From: Candidatus Melainabacteria bacterium | GTDB lineage: Bacteria > Cyanobacteriota > Vampirovibrionia > Obscuribacterales > Obscuribacteraceae | Assembly (NCBI GenBank): GCA_003242885.1 | Contig: QKMZ01000015.1 | Coordinates: forward strand, 269,568-333,567 | Length of the DNA: 64,000 nt | Direction of reading: 5' to 3' | In this document: piece by piece, positions 53,607 through 62,480 of the stretch | Position numbering within the stretch: the first letter of the stretch is position 1 | Layout: every line of letters starts with the position of its first letter | Notes under the pieces: model-generated | What the model saw: only the letters and a program-made list of their open reading frames with translations | Told to the model about the DNA's origin: nothing | Database searches by the model: none | Program-made: the position numbers and the translations under genes

Positions 53607-55232
53607 TTACCCGGGGAACCGGCGCTTCGGCGCATGAAATGGGAAGGTGAAGATAGTGTTGCCGATTGGCACTGTAATCATCACTTCTTCTTTGCGAGTG
53701 TTGAGGTAGAACAGCTGACCTGTTCTAGATTCGAACGGCTCCAGAGTGACTGGCACTAAGCCGAATGCACCTTGGTGGCGAGAGCGCACGAGGTCCTCTT
53801 CAATGACGGCTTGTGCTTGTTCTTCAAGCTCTTCAGGTGAGCGATTTAGCATGAACTTTTCGGGCGGTAAAATACGCTCTGTTCCGCCCCATTTGCCGTA
53901 GATGCCAAAAATATTCGGTCCGCGAAACATATCATGTCCCTTTGCTGGAACAAATCCGCGGACAACCCGTGTCTTTTGAATATTGGCTAGCCATGGGCGA
54001 TTATATGTGTAATCCCACATCGTTCGCTCGCGACGTCTGTAGTCGAAAGTGTTTTCCGGTATCAAAAGAAACGGTTTGTGAGGTTCGGCCAGTTCTGTGA
54101 GATTTGCCTTGCCGAGCCCGAGATCGACGCGTTTGTCGCCGATGTTTGTTATGCAAATCAGCACGCCCAGGATTTCCCAGCAGTCAACAATTGTGCATGC
54201 GACGCGTACTTGATTTGTGGCGAGGTACTTAAGCGGAAAGTCTGCGTCGGCGAACTCTTGCGACCTGGGACTTCCATCTTCCCACTTGAAGCGCACGCTG
54301 CCCTGGATTTTTGGTGGTTGTTCGAAGTTGACCGATTTGTCTTTGATACTGTAAGAACGCTCGAAATAGTCGCGCGAACGATTGCGTTTTCCGATTGAAT
54401 GATAAAACATTGCCGCATCACGCAGGGCATCAGCCAGATCCATAGAACGAGTACCGGGGCTCTGCTCCAAAATCTCTAGACCCTTTTGAAAGTCAGCGTG
54501 TGCCTCTTCACTCCAACCCTTTGCGCCGGCAATCGCTCCTCTGATGACGTAGCTCTCGCCAAGGTCGTGATCATGCGGATCCAGAAGTCTCTTTCTGATT
54601 TCCAGCGCTTCTTTTATTAGAGGCTCTGCTTTTGCAATCTTTCCTTGATGAAAAGCCACAGCTGCTGCGCCGTGCAACGCATGTGCGTACTCGCGGCTAC
54701 TCGTCCCATGCAGTTTTTTAGACTGGTCAATGCATTGCTGGTAAGTTTCTCCAGCTGCAATGTACTTCTCTTCGTGGAAGTATGCGTCTGCAAGGCCAAG
54801 GCGCGCAGCAATCAGTTGATCTGGCGTGGCGAAAAGCTTCTTCGCCTCTTTTATAGCTTCGAGAAATTTGCTTTGAGCTTCCTCATCAGCCCTTATTGCA
54901 GACGCTTTGAGGCCAGCGTTCATCAGGCGATCGAACATGCTTGCAGTTGAAGGCAAAGTCTGCGTCACTGCCGCTGAGGCCGCTTGGGTTGTACGTTTGA
55001 GAACTTGTTTCTCTCCATCGTCCGACTTTTCTGTTTCTATGTCTCTCTTGTTTGTTGTGTCCGCGCTGTCTCGTATTTTTGTGATGACTGAATTTTCGGT
55101 ACTTTCCGAGCGCTCAGCCTTCTCTTTTGAGTCGTCTGCAAAGTCGTCTGCATTTGCGGGCAAGGCTGCACCGAGAAAAAGCGCTGCGGACAGCGCCAGG
55201 CAAAGCGTTTGTCTGTAATAAGCCTCAGGCAT
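53607..55232 (-). CDS. secreted TPR protein with an unknown roughly 250-aa C-terminal domain
   Basis: The Met at 55232 gives signal peptide MPEAYYRQTLCLALSAALFLGAALPANA. Its ATG overlaps the kinase stop (ATGCCTGA). TPR units lie in the middle. The ORF opens at 55280. Confidence 0.7.
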   Translation of the reverse strand: MPEAYYRQTLCLALSAALFLGAALPANADDFADDSKEKAERSESTENSVITKIRDSADTTNKRDIETEKSDDGEKQVLKRTTQAASAAVTQTLPSTASMFDRLMNAGLKASAIRADEEAQSKFLEAIKEAKKLFATPDQLIAARLGLADAYFHEEKYIAAGETYQQCIDQSKKLHGTSSREYAHALHGAAAVAFHQGKIAKAEPLIKEALEIRKRLLDPHDHDLGESYVIRGAIAGAKGWSEEAHADFQKGLEILEQSPGTRSMDLADALRDAAMFYHSIGKRNRSRDYFERSYSIKDKSVNFEQPPKIQGSVRFKWEDGSPRSQEFADADFPLKYLATNQVRVACTIVDCWEILGVLICITNIGDKRVDLGLGKANLTELAEPHKPFLLIPENTFDYRRRERTMWDYTYNRPWLANIQKTRVVRGFVPAKGHDMFRGPNIFGIYGKWGGTERILPPEKFMLNRSPEELEEQAQAVIEEDLVRSRHQGAFGLVPVTLEPFESRTGQLFYLNTRKEEVMITVPIGNTIFTFPFHAPKRRFPG

Positions 55233-57123
55233 TTTTTTCTTCGTTGTCATCGTCGTCATCGTCTTCGTCTTCGAGATCATCGTATCCGGGCGGAGACTCA
55301 GGTAGTTTAAACCAAAACGTACTTCCTTTTCCCTCTTCTGACATGAGCCCTAGCTGACCCCCGTGCTGCTCGACAATTGCCTTGCAAATCGCCAAACCCA
55401 GTCCGCTGCCGCCCTTTTGCACACGGTCAGGGGTATTGACTTGCTCAAAACGCTCAAAAATTGATTGGTGATATTTTTCAGGAATTCCCGCTCCCCTGTC
55501 TATTACTTTTACTTCAGTAAGTGACTTGTTGACTGATGTGTCAACCGTTATTTTGCTGTTGTGAGGAGAGTATTTGATGGCATTGGAAAGCAGATTGACA
55601 AGCACTTGCACAAGCCGGTCGGGGTCTGCAATCAGCTGTGCCGATGTGCCGGTTTTTTCCAGCTTGATGTTTTCTATTTGAGCAAGATTGTGCACAGCGT
55701 CGAAAGCTCGCTCCACAATTTGATCCATGTCGCATTGTTTGTAGTTCATACGCAAGCGCCCAGCTTCCAATTTATCGATGTCTAGCAGATCGTTAATGAG
55801 TTTTATCAAACGCGTAACGCTGCGCTCGGCCAAGGCGACACTCTTTTGCCCTTGCGCGTTGAGTTCGCCATATATGTCTTCGGCAAGCAACGATAGGAAA
55901 CCCTGGACAGACGTCAGAGGTGACCGTAGTTCGTGGCTGACCATCGACACGAATTCTTGCTTAATACGTTCAACTTCGCGTCTCTCTGAAATGTCGAGAA
56001 TTACGAGCATGAATCTTGCTTCTTCAAATGCTTCGAATTCATTCACCGAGACTTCTACTGGGAATGACTCACCATCGGCTTTTGCGGCTTCAAGTTCTAA
56101 AATATGGTTGCGACCTTTTGTCAAAAGTTTTTGCAAAACGTCTTCAAGACCGGAAGCGGCTTCTTTGGGAAACAGCTTTTGAACGGGCAGGCCGGAGAGT
56201 ACCTCGATATCGTATGCGAACATTCTCTCTGTTGCCGGATTGATAGATTCAATCGCGCCTTCTTTGTTGATAATGATCAGCCCCGTCGGCATGGTTTCTA
56301 CGATTGTTCTTACGCGCTTTTCCGATTGCTGCAGGTTTTCCAAAACAGCATGCTCTTTCTCTGCTGCAACTTTTAATGCAACAGCCATTTCGTTGAAGAC
56401 CTTGTCCAAGTGGGCAATTTCGTCACCCCCCGGCAGTCGTGGGTTGAGTGGCAAACCGCTGGCAAGGCGATAGGTATTGTCCATAAGAACATTGAGTCGA
56501 CGCGCGGTGCCTCGATTGAAGTACACTGCTAGTGAGATTGCGATAATAATATTGAGCACAACGCCGGCAAGAAGAAGCTGTTTTGTTTTTTCCCGCGACT
56601 TAGCCTGCAGTTTGGGGCTGAGGTCTTCGATTTTGCGTTCTTCCAGAGCGAGTGTGTCGAACTTCGCCGCCAGCATGGGAATTTTGCTGCGCATGGAATT
56701 GAGGTAGCTTCGCGCTGATGCTTGTTCGCCCGAATCAATCATTTTTTTGACAGTGCGAAAATCGCTCACTGCGCTGTTCAGAAAAGCCTCCAGGTCATCG
56801 ACCTTTCTTTCTTCTTCCTTGTTGCCCGCGACCAGTTGCTTGAGTTCTTTAAAAACTTCGGGAATCAGCTCAGAGGCATGGTGGTAGCGCTGCGCCATGC
56901 TGAAGGTGCCAATCAGACCGTAGCCGGAAATGCCAGCAGCTTGTTGCGTCATCAGTGAGTGCAGCTTGTTCAATTCTTTGGAGATGGCACGGGCTCGTGC
57001 CTCGCGCTGGACTTCGCGCTCTGTTTCATTGAGCATCTGATACAACGTGGCGACGAACCCCAGCTCGAATATGAGCGGGATAGCAACTAGTATCAGACCT
57101 TTGTGGGAGAGCTTGAGTCTCAC
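55225..57123 (-). CDS. sensor histidine kinase (TM - helical sensor - TM - HAMP - PAS - HisKA - HATPase_c) with a poly-acidic tail
   Basis: H-box VSMVSHELRSPLTSV, N-box LVNLLSNAIKYSP, G2 GGSGLGLAICK. The C-terminus is YDDLEDEDDDDDDNEEKNA. Confidence 0.85.
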   Translation of the reverse strand: MRLKLSHKGLILVAIPLIFELGFVATLYQMLNETEREVQREARARAISKELNKLHSLMTQQAAGISGYGLIGTFSMAQRYHHASELIPEVFKELKQLVAGNKEEERKVDDLEAFLNSAVSDFRTVKKMIDSGEQASARSYLNSMRSKIPMLAAKFDTLALEERKIEDLSPKLQAKSREKTKQLLLAGVVLNIIIAISLAVYFNRGTARRLNVLMDNTYRLASGLPLNPRLPGGDEIAHLDKVFNEMAVALKVAAEKEHAVLENLQQSEKRVRTIVETMPTGLIIINKEGAIESINPATERMFAYDIEVLSGLPVQKLFPKEAASGLEDVLQKLLTKGRNHILELEAAKADGESFPVEVSVNEFEAFEEARFMLVILDISERREVERIKQEFVSMVSHELRSPLTSVQGFLSLLAEDIYGELNAQGQKSVALAERSVTRLIKLINDLLDIDKLEAGRLRMNYKQCDMDQIVERAFDAVHNLAQIENIKLEKTGTSAQLIADPDRLVQVLVNLLSNAIKYSPHNSKITVDTSVNKSLTEVKVIDRGAGIPEKYHQSIFERFEQVNTPDRVQKGGSGLGLAICKAIVEQHGGQLGLMSEEGKGSTFWFKLPESPPGYDDLEDEDDDDDDNEEKNA

Positions 57124-57227
57124 AGCGTACCAATTTATTTGCCGCTGGGATACCGGTCTAGCGCGTCGTTGGACGCTCCAAAGGTGTTATACCCATCTAT
57201 GTATGCAGGGAATTTGAAGAGCAAAGC

Positions 57228-57310
57228 GGTCGACGTATGGCGTCGACCCTACGGTAACTTGACGGGTTGCATCGACCCTACGAACCTGACGCATGGCGTC
57301 GCCCCTACGG
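57228..57310. repeat. three copies or half-copies of the dispersed palindromic element in the RR-HK spacer
   Basis: GGTCGACGT-ATG-GCGTCGACC-CTACGG, then GGGTTGCATCGACCCTACG, then TGACGC-ATG-GCGTCGCCC-CTACGG. Confidence 0.8.
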
Positions 57311-57318
57311 AAGTTTGA

Positions 57319-58005
57319 TTATGCTTTATGCTCTGGCGCATGGAGTTTGTAGCCAACGCCATGAAGAGTTTGAATCACTGACTCTTCATTCTCGCCATCG
57401 ATTTTTCTGCGCAAACGTTTTATGCATGTGCGGACGGTTTCTGGTGCAGCATCATTTTCCGAATGCCAGACGCGGTCGAGCAATGCCTCAGCGCTAAACA
57501 CTTGATTCGGATGGCGCATCAAGAATTCGAGCAGAGCAAATTCTTTTGGCAACAGTCTAATGTCGGCACCATCTTTGGTGACAGCAAAAGTGCGTGGATT
57601 CAAGTTGATACCGGCTGCGCGCAACACGTTGTCGGTGACACTTATCGGGCGTCGAAGGAGCGCGCGTATACGCGCCGATAGCTCTTTCATGTGGAAAGGT
57701 TTCGTCAAATAATCATCGGCGCCTGAGTCCAGTCCCTGCTCAATCTGCTCAGCCAAATCTTGACCGGTGAGCATAAGCACAGGGGTTTTACCGCCGTTCT
57801 GTCGAAACTTCTTCAATATCTGAATGCCGTCGTAGACAGGCAATTGCCAGTCCAAGATAATCAAATCGTAGGAATAGATGCCGATGAGCTCCATAGCCTC
57901 ATCGCCCTTGGAGGCTGTTTCAATCAAATGATGGTCGTGTTTGAGCCAATCTTCGACGATTTGGCGCAGATCGAGATCGTCTTCAACTATCAGTATTTTT
58001 GCCAT
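57319..58005 (-). CDS. OmpR-family response regulator
   Basis: REC domain (ILIVEDD, LIILDWQLP, LTKPF) plus winged-helix output (LLPKEFALLEFLMRHPNQVFS...GVGYKL). Confidence 0.9.
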   Translation of the reverse strand: MAKILIVEDDLDLRQIVEDWLKHDHHLIETASKGDEAMELIGIYSYDLIILDWQLPVYDGIQILKKFRQNGGKTPVLMLTGQDLAEQIEQGLDSGADDYLTKPFHMKELSARIRALLRRPISVTDNVLRAAGINLNPRTFAVTKDGADIRLLPKEFALLEFLMRHPNQVFSAEALLDRVWHSENDAAPETVRTCIKRLRRKIDGENEESVIQTLHGVGYKLHAPEHKA

Positions 58006-58037
58006 GACATTTAGCGTTCATGCGGCAGCTGCTGCTG

Positions 58038-58718
58038 CTAATTCCTTTTTTCCTCAATTGTCGAATTGAGTTTAATCACGCCGCCAGGTTCTTGTGCGGC
58101 GTTACTGTTGCCGAAGCTGACTTTGACCGGGTCGAAGGCATTTGGATCTTCGATGCCGAAATATGTTTGAGGTTTAAAACCCATGGGACCTGCGATGAGC
58201 ACGGAAGGGAAAGTCTCGACAGCGGTGTTCATCTCGCGCACGTTGGCGTTGTAGAATCGGCGAGCCTGGGAAATTCTTGTCTCTGTGTCATTTAGCGCGT
58301 TTTGCAACTGGTTGAAGTTTTCGTTGGCTTTCAATTGCGGGTACGCTTCGCTGAGCGCCATTAGCTTTGTCAGTGCCCCTGTCAGGACATTGTTTGCCAG
58401 AGCTTGCGCTTCGGGGGCTCCAGAGACTGCCGCGGCGCTGTTCCGCGCTTTGATCACCGCCTCCAAAGTGTCTTTTTCGTGACCTGCGTAGCCTTTCACG
58501 GTTTCGACGAGATTGGGGATCAGGTCATAGCGGCGGCGCAATTCTGTCTCGATTGCCGACCAGCTCTCCCTGACGCTGTGTCTGAGCATGACCAGTTGGT
58601 TGTAAGTGCCGACCATCCAGAGAGCAATGACGGCCAGGAAAACCAGCATTCCGATTCCTATGTACATGCAAATCTCCAGAAGGTAGCCCAAGTTGGACGA
58701 TTCGATTATACCTCCCAA
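58038..58718 (-). CDS. lemA: LemA family protein
   Basis: N-terminal TM helix, then YNQLVMLRHSVRESWSAIETELRRRYDLIPNLVETVKGYAGHEKDTL, typical of LemA. The start may be the Met at 58667. Confidence 0.85.
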   Translation of the reverse strand: MGGIIESSNLGYLLEICMYIGIGMLVFLAVIALWMVGTYNQLVMLRHSVRESWSAIETELRRRYDLIPNLVETVKGYAGHEKDTLEAVIKARNSAAAVSGAPEAQALANNVLTGALTKLMALSEAYPQLKANENFNQLQNALNDTETRISQARRFYNANVREMNTAVETFPSVLIAGPMGFKPQTYFGIEDPNAFDPVKVSFGNSNAAQEPGGVIKLNSTIEEKRN

Positions 58719-58875
58719 AACCGCCGCCCGGGAGCATATTGAGCTGCCCGCTTTGCAGGAAGACTCATATATAATTGTTTGATTATAGAATGCGTTGCCA
58801 GGCGGTCAAACGATCAGAATGGGAATAGTTTTCAACAACGTCAGTCGCTAGAAAAGAATCTCCCAACTTTTTTGT

Positions 58876-58907
58876 AACCCAAGTCGTTTTTCAAACCCAA
58901 GTTGTTT
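58876..58907 (+). promoter_or_regulatory. tandem direct repeat in the LemA / DUF2207 divergent intergenic region
   Basis: AACCCAAGTCGTTT (58876-58889) and AACCCAAGTTGTTT (58894-58907) are 18 nt apart and end 19 nt before the DUF2207 ATG. Confidence 0.4.
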
Positions 58908-58925
58908 CAAAAACAAGAGGTCTAA

Positions 58926-60740
58926 ATGAAATTTCTCAGCTCAAAGGTCGCCGGACTGACGAGGCTGACTTTACTGGCATGTGTTCTTTTCGTCTCAACC
59001 AATCCCGCGCTCGCCGATCGAATCAAGTCTTTCAACGCTGACATCAAGCTCGACAAAGATGGAACAGCACATATTGAAGAGACTCTCGTCATGGACTTCG
59101 GAACCAATCGCCGTCATGGCATCCGGCGTTTCATCCCGACTGTCTACAACCGCAAGGGCGGTTTGTACAACATCGTATTGAATGTTACCGGCGTTAAGGA
59201 TCAAAGAAATAACCCATACAAGTTCGAAACCCACAGAGCTGATCGAGATTTGCTTTTGCAGATTGGCGAGCAAGATGTACTCGTCTCCGGCGTGATGACG
59301 TACAAAATCGATTACGACGTGCGGCGCGCGATCAATTATCTTGAGGGTGGTCCGGAATTTTACTGGAACGTCAACGGCAACGAAGGCAAATTCCCTGTTG
59401 ATTCCGCTACCGCAAAACTCTCGTTTCCTGACGGCGTCAACGTCAAAGACGTCAAAGCTACATCGTATGTTGGTTATTTCGGATCTAAAAAACATGCGAG
59501 TGTCGCGCGAGAAGCGAATGACATCACATTCAGTGCCAAGAATTTAAACCCAGGCGAAGGGATGACTATTGTCGCCGGACTGCCGGCATCGGCTATACCT
59601 CAACCAACAAAAGCGCAGCAAGTTCAAGATTGGTTTTTAGATTGGTATCCGCTCGTGGTGCTGCCGCTCGGCACTTCTGTAATGCTTTATCTCTACTGGT
59701 TCTTCCAGGGCAAAGACAGAGGTCCAAAACGTGCAGTCGGTGTCGAATTCACTCCACCTGTTGATCTCACCCCAGCGGAAGTTGGCACATTGATAGATGA
59801 GAAAGTTGATCTGCCAGATGTCACTTCAACACTGATTGATCTTGCTGCCAGAGGTTACATCAGGATTAGACAGATACCGTACAACGGCATTCTCATGATG
59901 AGCGACAAAGACTATGAGTTTAAGAAATTGACTCCGCCTCACAATGCGATTCCTCTGAAGCAGCACGAAACATTTTTTATGGCAGCGCTTTTCGGATATG
60001 TAACCGACACAACTTATTTGTCTTCGTTGCAAGGTAAGTTTCAGCCACATATCGTGGATATCAAAAACTCAATTTGGTCGCAGTTGCTAAACGGTGGTTA
60101 TTTCACTCGCCATCCGGATAATGATCGCGCCCTGTTCCGGGCGATTGGACTTGGATTGATTTTGGTGGCAGGTGGATACATGGCATTCCACACGTGGAAC
60201 GAAGGTGTTGCCGGTGGGGCAGGTTTGGCACTTTCGGGCTTGATCACTCTTTTGTCAGCGGGGGCAATGCCATCGCGTACTGATCTTGGGACTAAAGCGC
60301 TTTCAGAATGCCTCTCATTCAAACGATTTGTAGAAAAGGCTGAAAAACAGCGCATTGCTGTTCTTGCGAAAGATGACCCAACAATATTCGGACGACTTTT
60401 GCCTTACGCAATGGTTTTAGGCTGCGCTGACATGTGGGCAGAGAAATTCAAAGAATTACTTGTAACGCCTCCAGACTGGTATCAACCATACACAGATGGA
60501 AATTCGCCTTCAGTATTTGATCCTGTCTGGTACTTCGATGACCTTGGACGTGGAATGTATTCGATTCAGAATGGCTTCAATCAAGCACCAGTGATTCCAT
60601 CCTACTCCTCGGGCGGAGGTGGTGGCGGTGGTAGTAATGATGGTGGCTGGGGTGGTTTCGGCGGTGGTGGCGGATTCAGCGGATTCGACGGTGGTTTTAG
60701 CGGCGGCGGATTCGGTGGAGGCGGCACGGATTCTTGGTAA
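58926..60740 (+). CDS. DUF2207 family membrane protein (paralog 2)
   Basis: Signal peptide, IKSFNADIKLDKDGTAHIEETLVMDFGTNRRHGIRRFIP, internal TM helices, and a Gly-rich tail ending GGGFGGGGTDSW. Confidence 0.85.
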   Translation: MKFLSSKVAGLTRLTLLACVLFVSTNPALADRIKSFNADIKLDKDGTAHIEETLVMDFGTNRRHGIRRFIPTVYNRKGGLYNIVLNVTGVKDQRNNPYKFETHRADRDLLLQIGEQDVLVSGVMTYKIDYDVRRAINYLEGGPEFYWNVNGNEGKFPVDSATAKLSFPDGVNVKDVKATSYVGYFGSKKHASVAREANDITFSAKNLNPGEGMTIVAGLPASAIPQPTKAQQVQDWFLDWYPLVVLPLGTSVMLYLYWFFQGKDRGPKRAVGVEFTPPVDLTPAEVGTLIDEKVDLPDVTSTLIDLAARGYIRIRQIPYNGILMMSDKDYEFKKLTPPHNAIPLKQHETFFMAALFGYVTDTTYLSSLQGKFQPHIVDIKNSIWSQLLNGGYFTRHPDNDRALFRAIGLGLILVAGGYMAFHTWNEGVAGGAGLALSGLITLLSAGAMPSRTDLGTKALSECLSFKRFVEKAEKQRIAVLAKDDPTIFGRLLPYAMVLGCADMWAEKFKELLVTPPDWYQPYTDGNSPSVFDPVWYFDDLGRGMYSIQNGFNQAPVIPSYSSGGGGGGGSNDGGWGGFGGGGGFSGFDGGFSGGGFGGGGTDSW

Positions 60741-61034
60741 TTTTCGGAAAATGTTGTTCAGAAAACAAAATTCCATTGGCAGTCTAAATTTCTATTGCGA
60801 AACTGGCGTCGATTTTTGGGCGAATTAAATCTGCTGAATCACATTCCTGAAAACTATCGGTTGGCGGCTCGCTTCACAACCGCATCCCTACAAAATCCCT
60901 CAGAGTAGGGAGATTACGCAAGGTTTTCAAGCGATAAGTAATCGTTCACTTTGCTCGACAACGATCATTCAACGACTTAACATAGGAGAGTCAGGTTCGA
61001 ATGAATTTGATTGCTGTTTGTGAGGGATTGGTAG

Positions 61035-61619
61035 TTGTTGCAAGAGCTGCCCGGTAACATCAGTTATCTGAAAGAGTATATTTGCCCGGTTTCTGAACTC
61101 GAAGATAATCTAGTAGAGGTCAGAGATATATTTGGTGGATTGCCGCCTGGTATCATCCCTGGTGCCTGGCGCAAAGGACGCGGATACTACGCTCGCAATC
61201 TTGCTGGTCCGAAGCCGACCAAAGAAATTATTCAGTGTGTTGAACAGTATCTTTTCTATGGTGACCCCAGCCGTAATCTGTTTGCGCTCGGTCACGGCTA
61301 TGACGAGCAACGTCAGTGGGTCATCAATAACATTTTGCTCGATGGTGCTCCGGCACGCAGTCAAGCCAGTTACAGAAAGTTGCCTTTCGAAGTAAAAAGA
61401 CGCGCTCGTCTTTGGGGTGATCGCGTAGCAGATTGCTTGGACCTTGTGGATGAAACTGAGAGCATTGAAGTGCTCAAGACTGCGATTGTTTCTCTAAAAG
61501 CTTTACTGTTCACCGCACCTTCTGATTGCGATGCGCAAGGGCTGCGTTCGGTCATTCGGCATCTGCGCATGGTGCTTTCGCATCACACTGTCGAAGGCGC
61601 TTGGGGCGTCGTTCGCTAA
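61035..61619 (+). CDS. hypothetical protein
   Basis: 194-aa ORF with only a TTG start and no in-frame ATG near the 5' end. No motif recognised. Confidence 0.35.
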   Translation: MLQELPGNISYLKEYICPVSELEDNLVEVRDIFGGLPPGIIPGAWRKGRGYYARNLAGPKPTKEIIQCVEQYLFYGDPSRNLFALGHGYDEQRQWVINNILLDGAPARSQASYRKLPFEVKRRARLWGDRVADCLDLVDETESIEVLKTAIVSLKALLFTAPSDCDAQGLRSVIRHLRMVLSHHTVEGAWGVVR

Positions 61620-61692
61620 AGCTAACCGGGCAATGCATCGCGTTGCCTCTATGGCGAACTCAATTATGGGCGGTTTTGCCCATACGGCAACT

Positions 61693-62376
61693 TCATTTTT
61701 TGTCGCCTTTAGTTTCGAACTTATAGCCGACGCCGTACACTGTTTTTATTTCTGCCTGCAGTTTGTCGCCGAGCTTGTTGCGCAATCTATTCACATAGAC
61801 CTTTACTGCATCAGTTGAAGCTTCTGTATCTGATTGCCAAACTCTTGCGATTATCGCTTCGGCACTAAAGACCTGATTTGGATGGCGCATCAGAAATTCG
61901 AGCAGCGCAAATTCGCGTTTGGTCAGTGGAATTTCAACGCCATCTTTGGTGAACGTGAACGTTTTGGCGTTCAATTCGTAGTCAGCTGTTTTCAAAACAT
62001 TTGCTTGAACACCTTCCGGTCGTCTCAGCAGAGCGCGCACTCGCGCTGCCAACTCTTTCACGTGAAAGGGTTTAGTCAGATAATCATCTGCGCCCGAATC
62101 TAGACCCAGCTCTTTCTCTTCGATCTTGCCGCGCCCCGTCAAGATGATTACTTTGCCTTCTCCGCCGCGATGGCGGTACGTTCTTAAAATGTCGACCCCG
62201 TCTTTATCCGGGAGCCCGAGATCCAACACGATCAAATCGTACTCAGAGACCGCTAATAGCGTCAGCGCATCCGCCCCAGTGCCGGCATGCTCAACCATAT
62301 GTCCTTCGCCTTTCAACAACTCCGTGACTGAATCAGCCAGATTGGAATCGTCTTCGACTATGAGTAGCTTTGCCAT
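61693..62376 (-). CDS. OmpR-family response regulator
   Basis: The Met at 62376 gives MAKLLIVEDDSNLADS. REC markers (LIVLDLGLPDKDG, LTKPF) plus winged helix (LTKREFALLEFLMRHPNQVFS...GVGYKF). The ORF track extends it spuriously to 62625. Confidence 0.9.
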   Translation of the reverse strand: MAKLLIVEDDSNLADSVTELLKGEGHMVEHAGTGADALTLLAVSEYDLIVLDLGLPDKDGVDILRTYRHRGGEGKVIILTGRGKIEEKELGLDSGADDYLTKPFHVKELAARVRALLRRPEGVQANVLKTADYELNAKTFTFTKDGVEIPLTKREFALLEFLMRHPNQVFSAEAIIARVWQSDTEASTDAVKVYVNRLRNKLGDKLQAEIKTVYGVGYKFETKGDKK

Positions 62377-62480
62377 GCTGCCAGTAGTTTTCCAGTTGCC
62401 GGGGTACGTAGTTTCTAGCCTAGCCTGATATATTCTACCCACCGGGACTGCCATCACGTTTTTACCGACCAAAGAGCGGC

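Noticed and set aside
61001-61057. 18-codon ATG-initiated ORF with a good AGGAG, overlapping the TTG start of 61035..61619. Considered as a possible frameshift or leader peptide.
   Set aside because: No slippery sequence or downstream structure is evident. More likely the start of the 194-aa ORF is simply uncertain.
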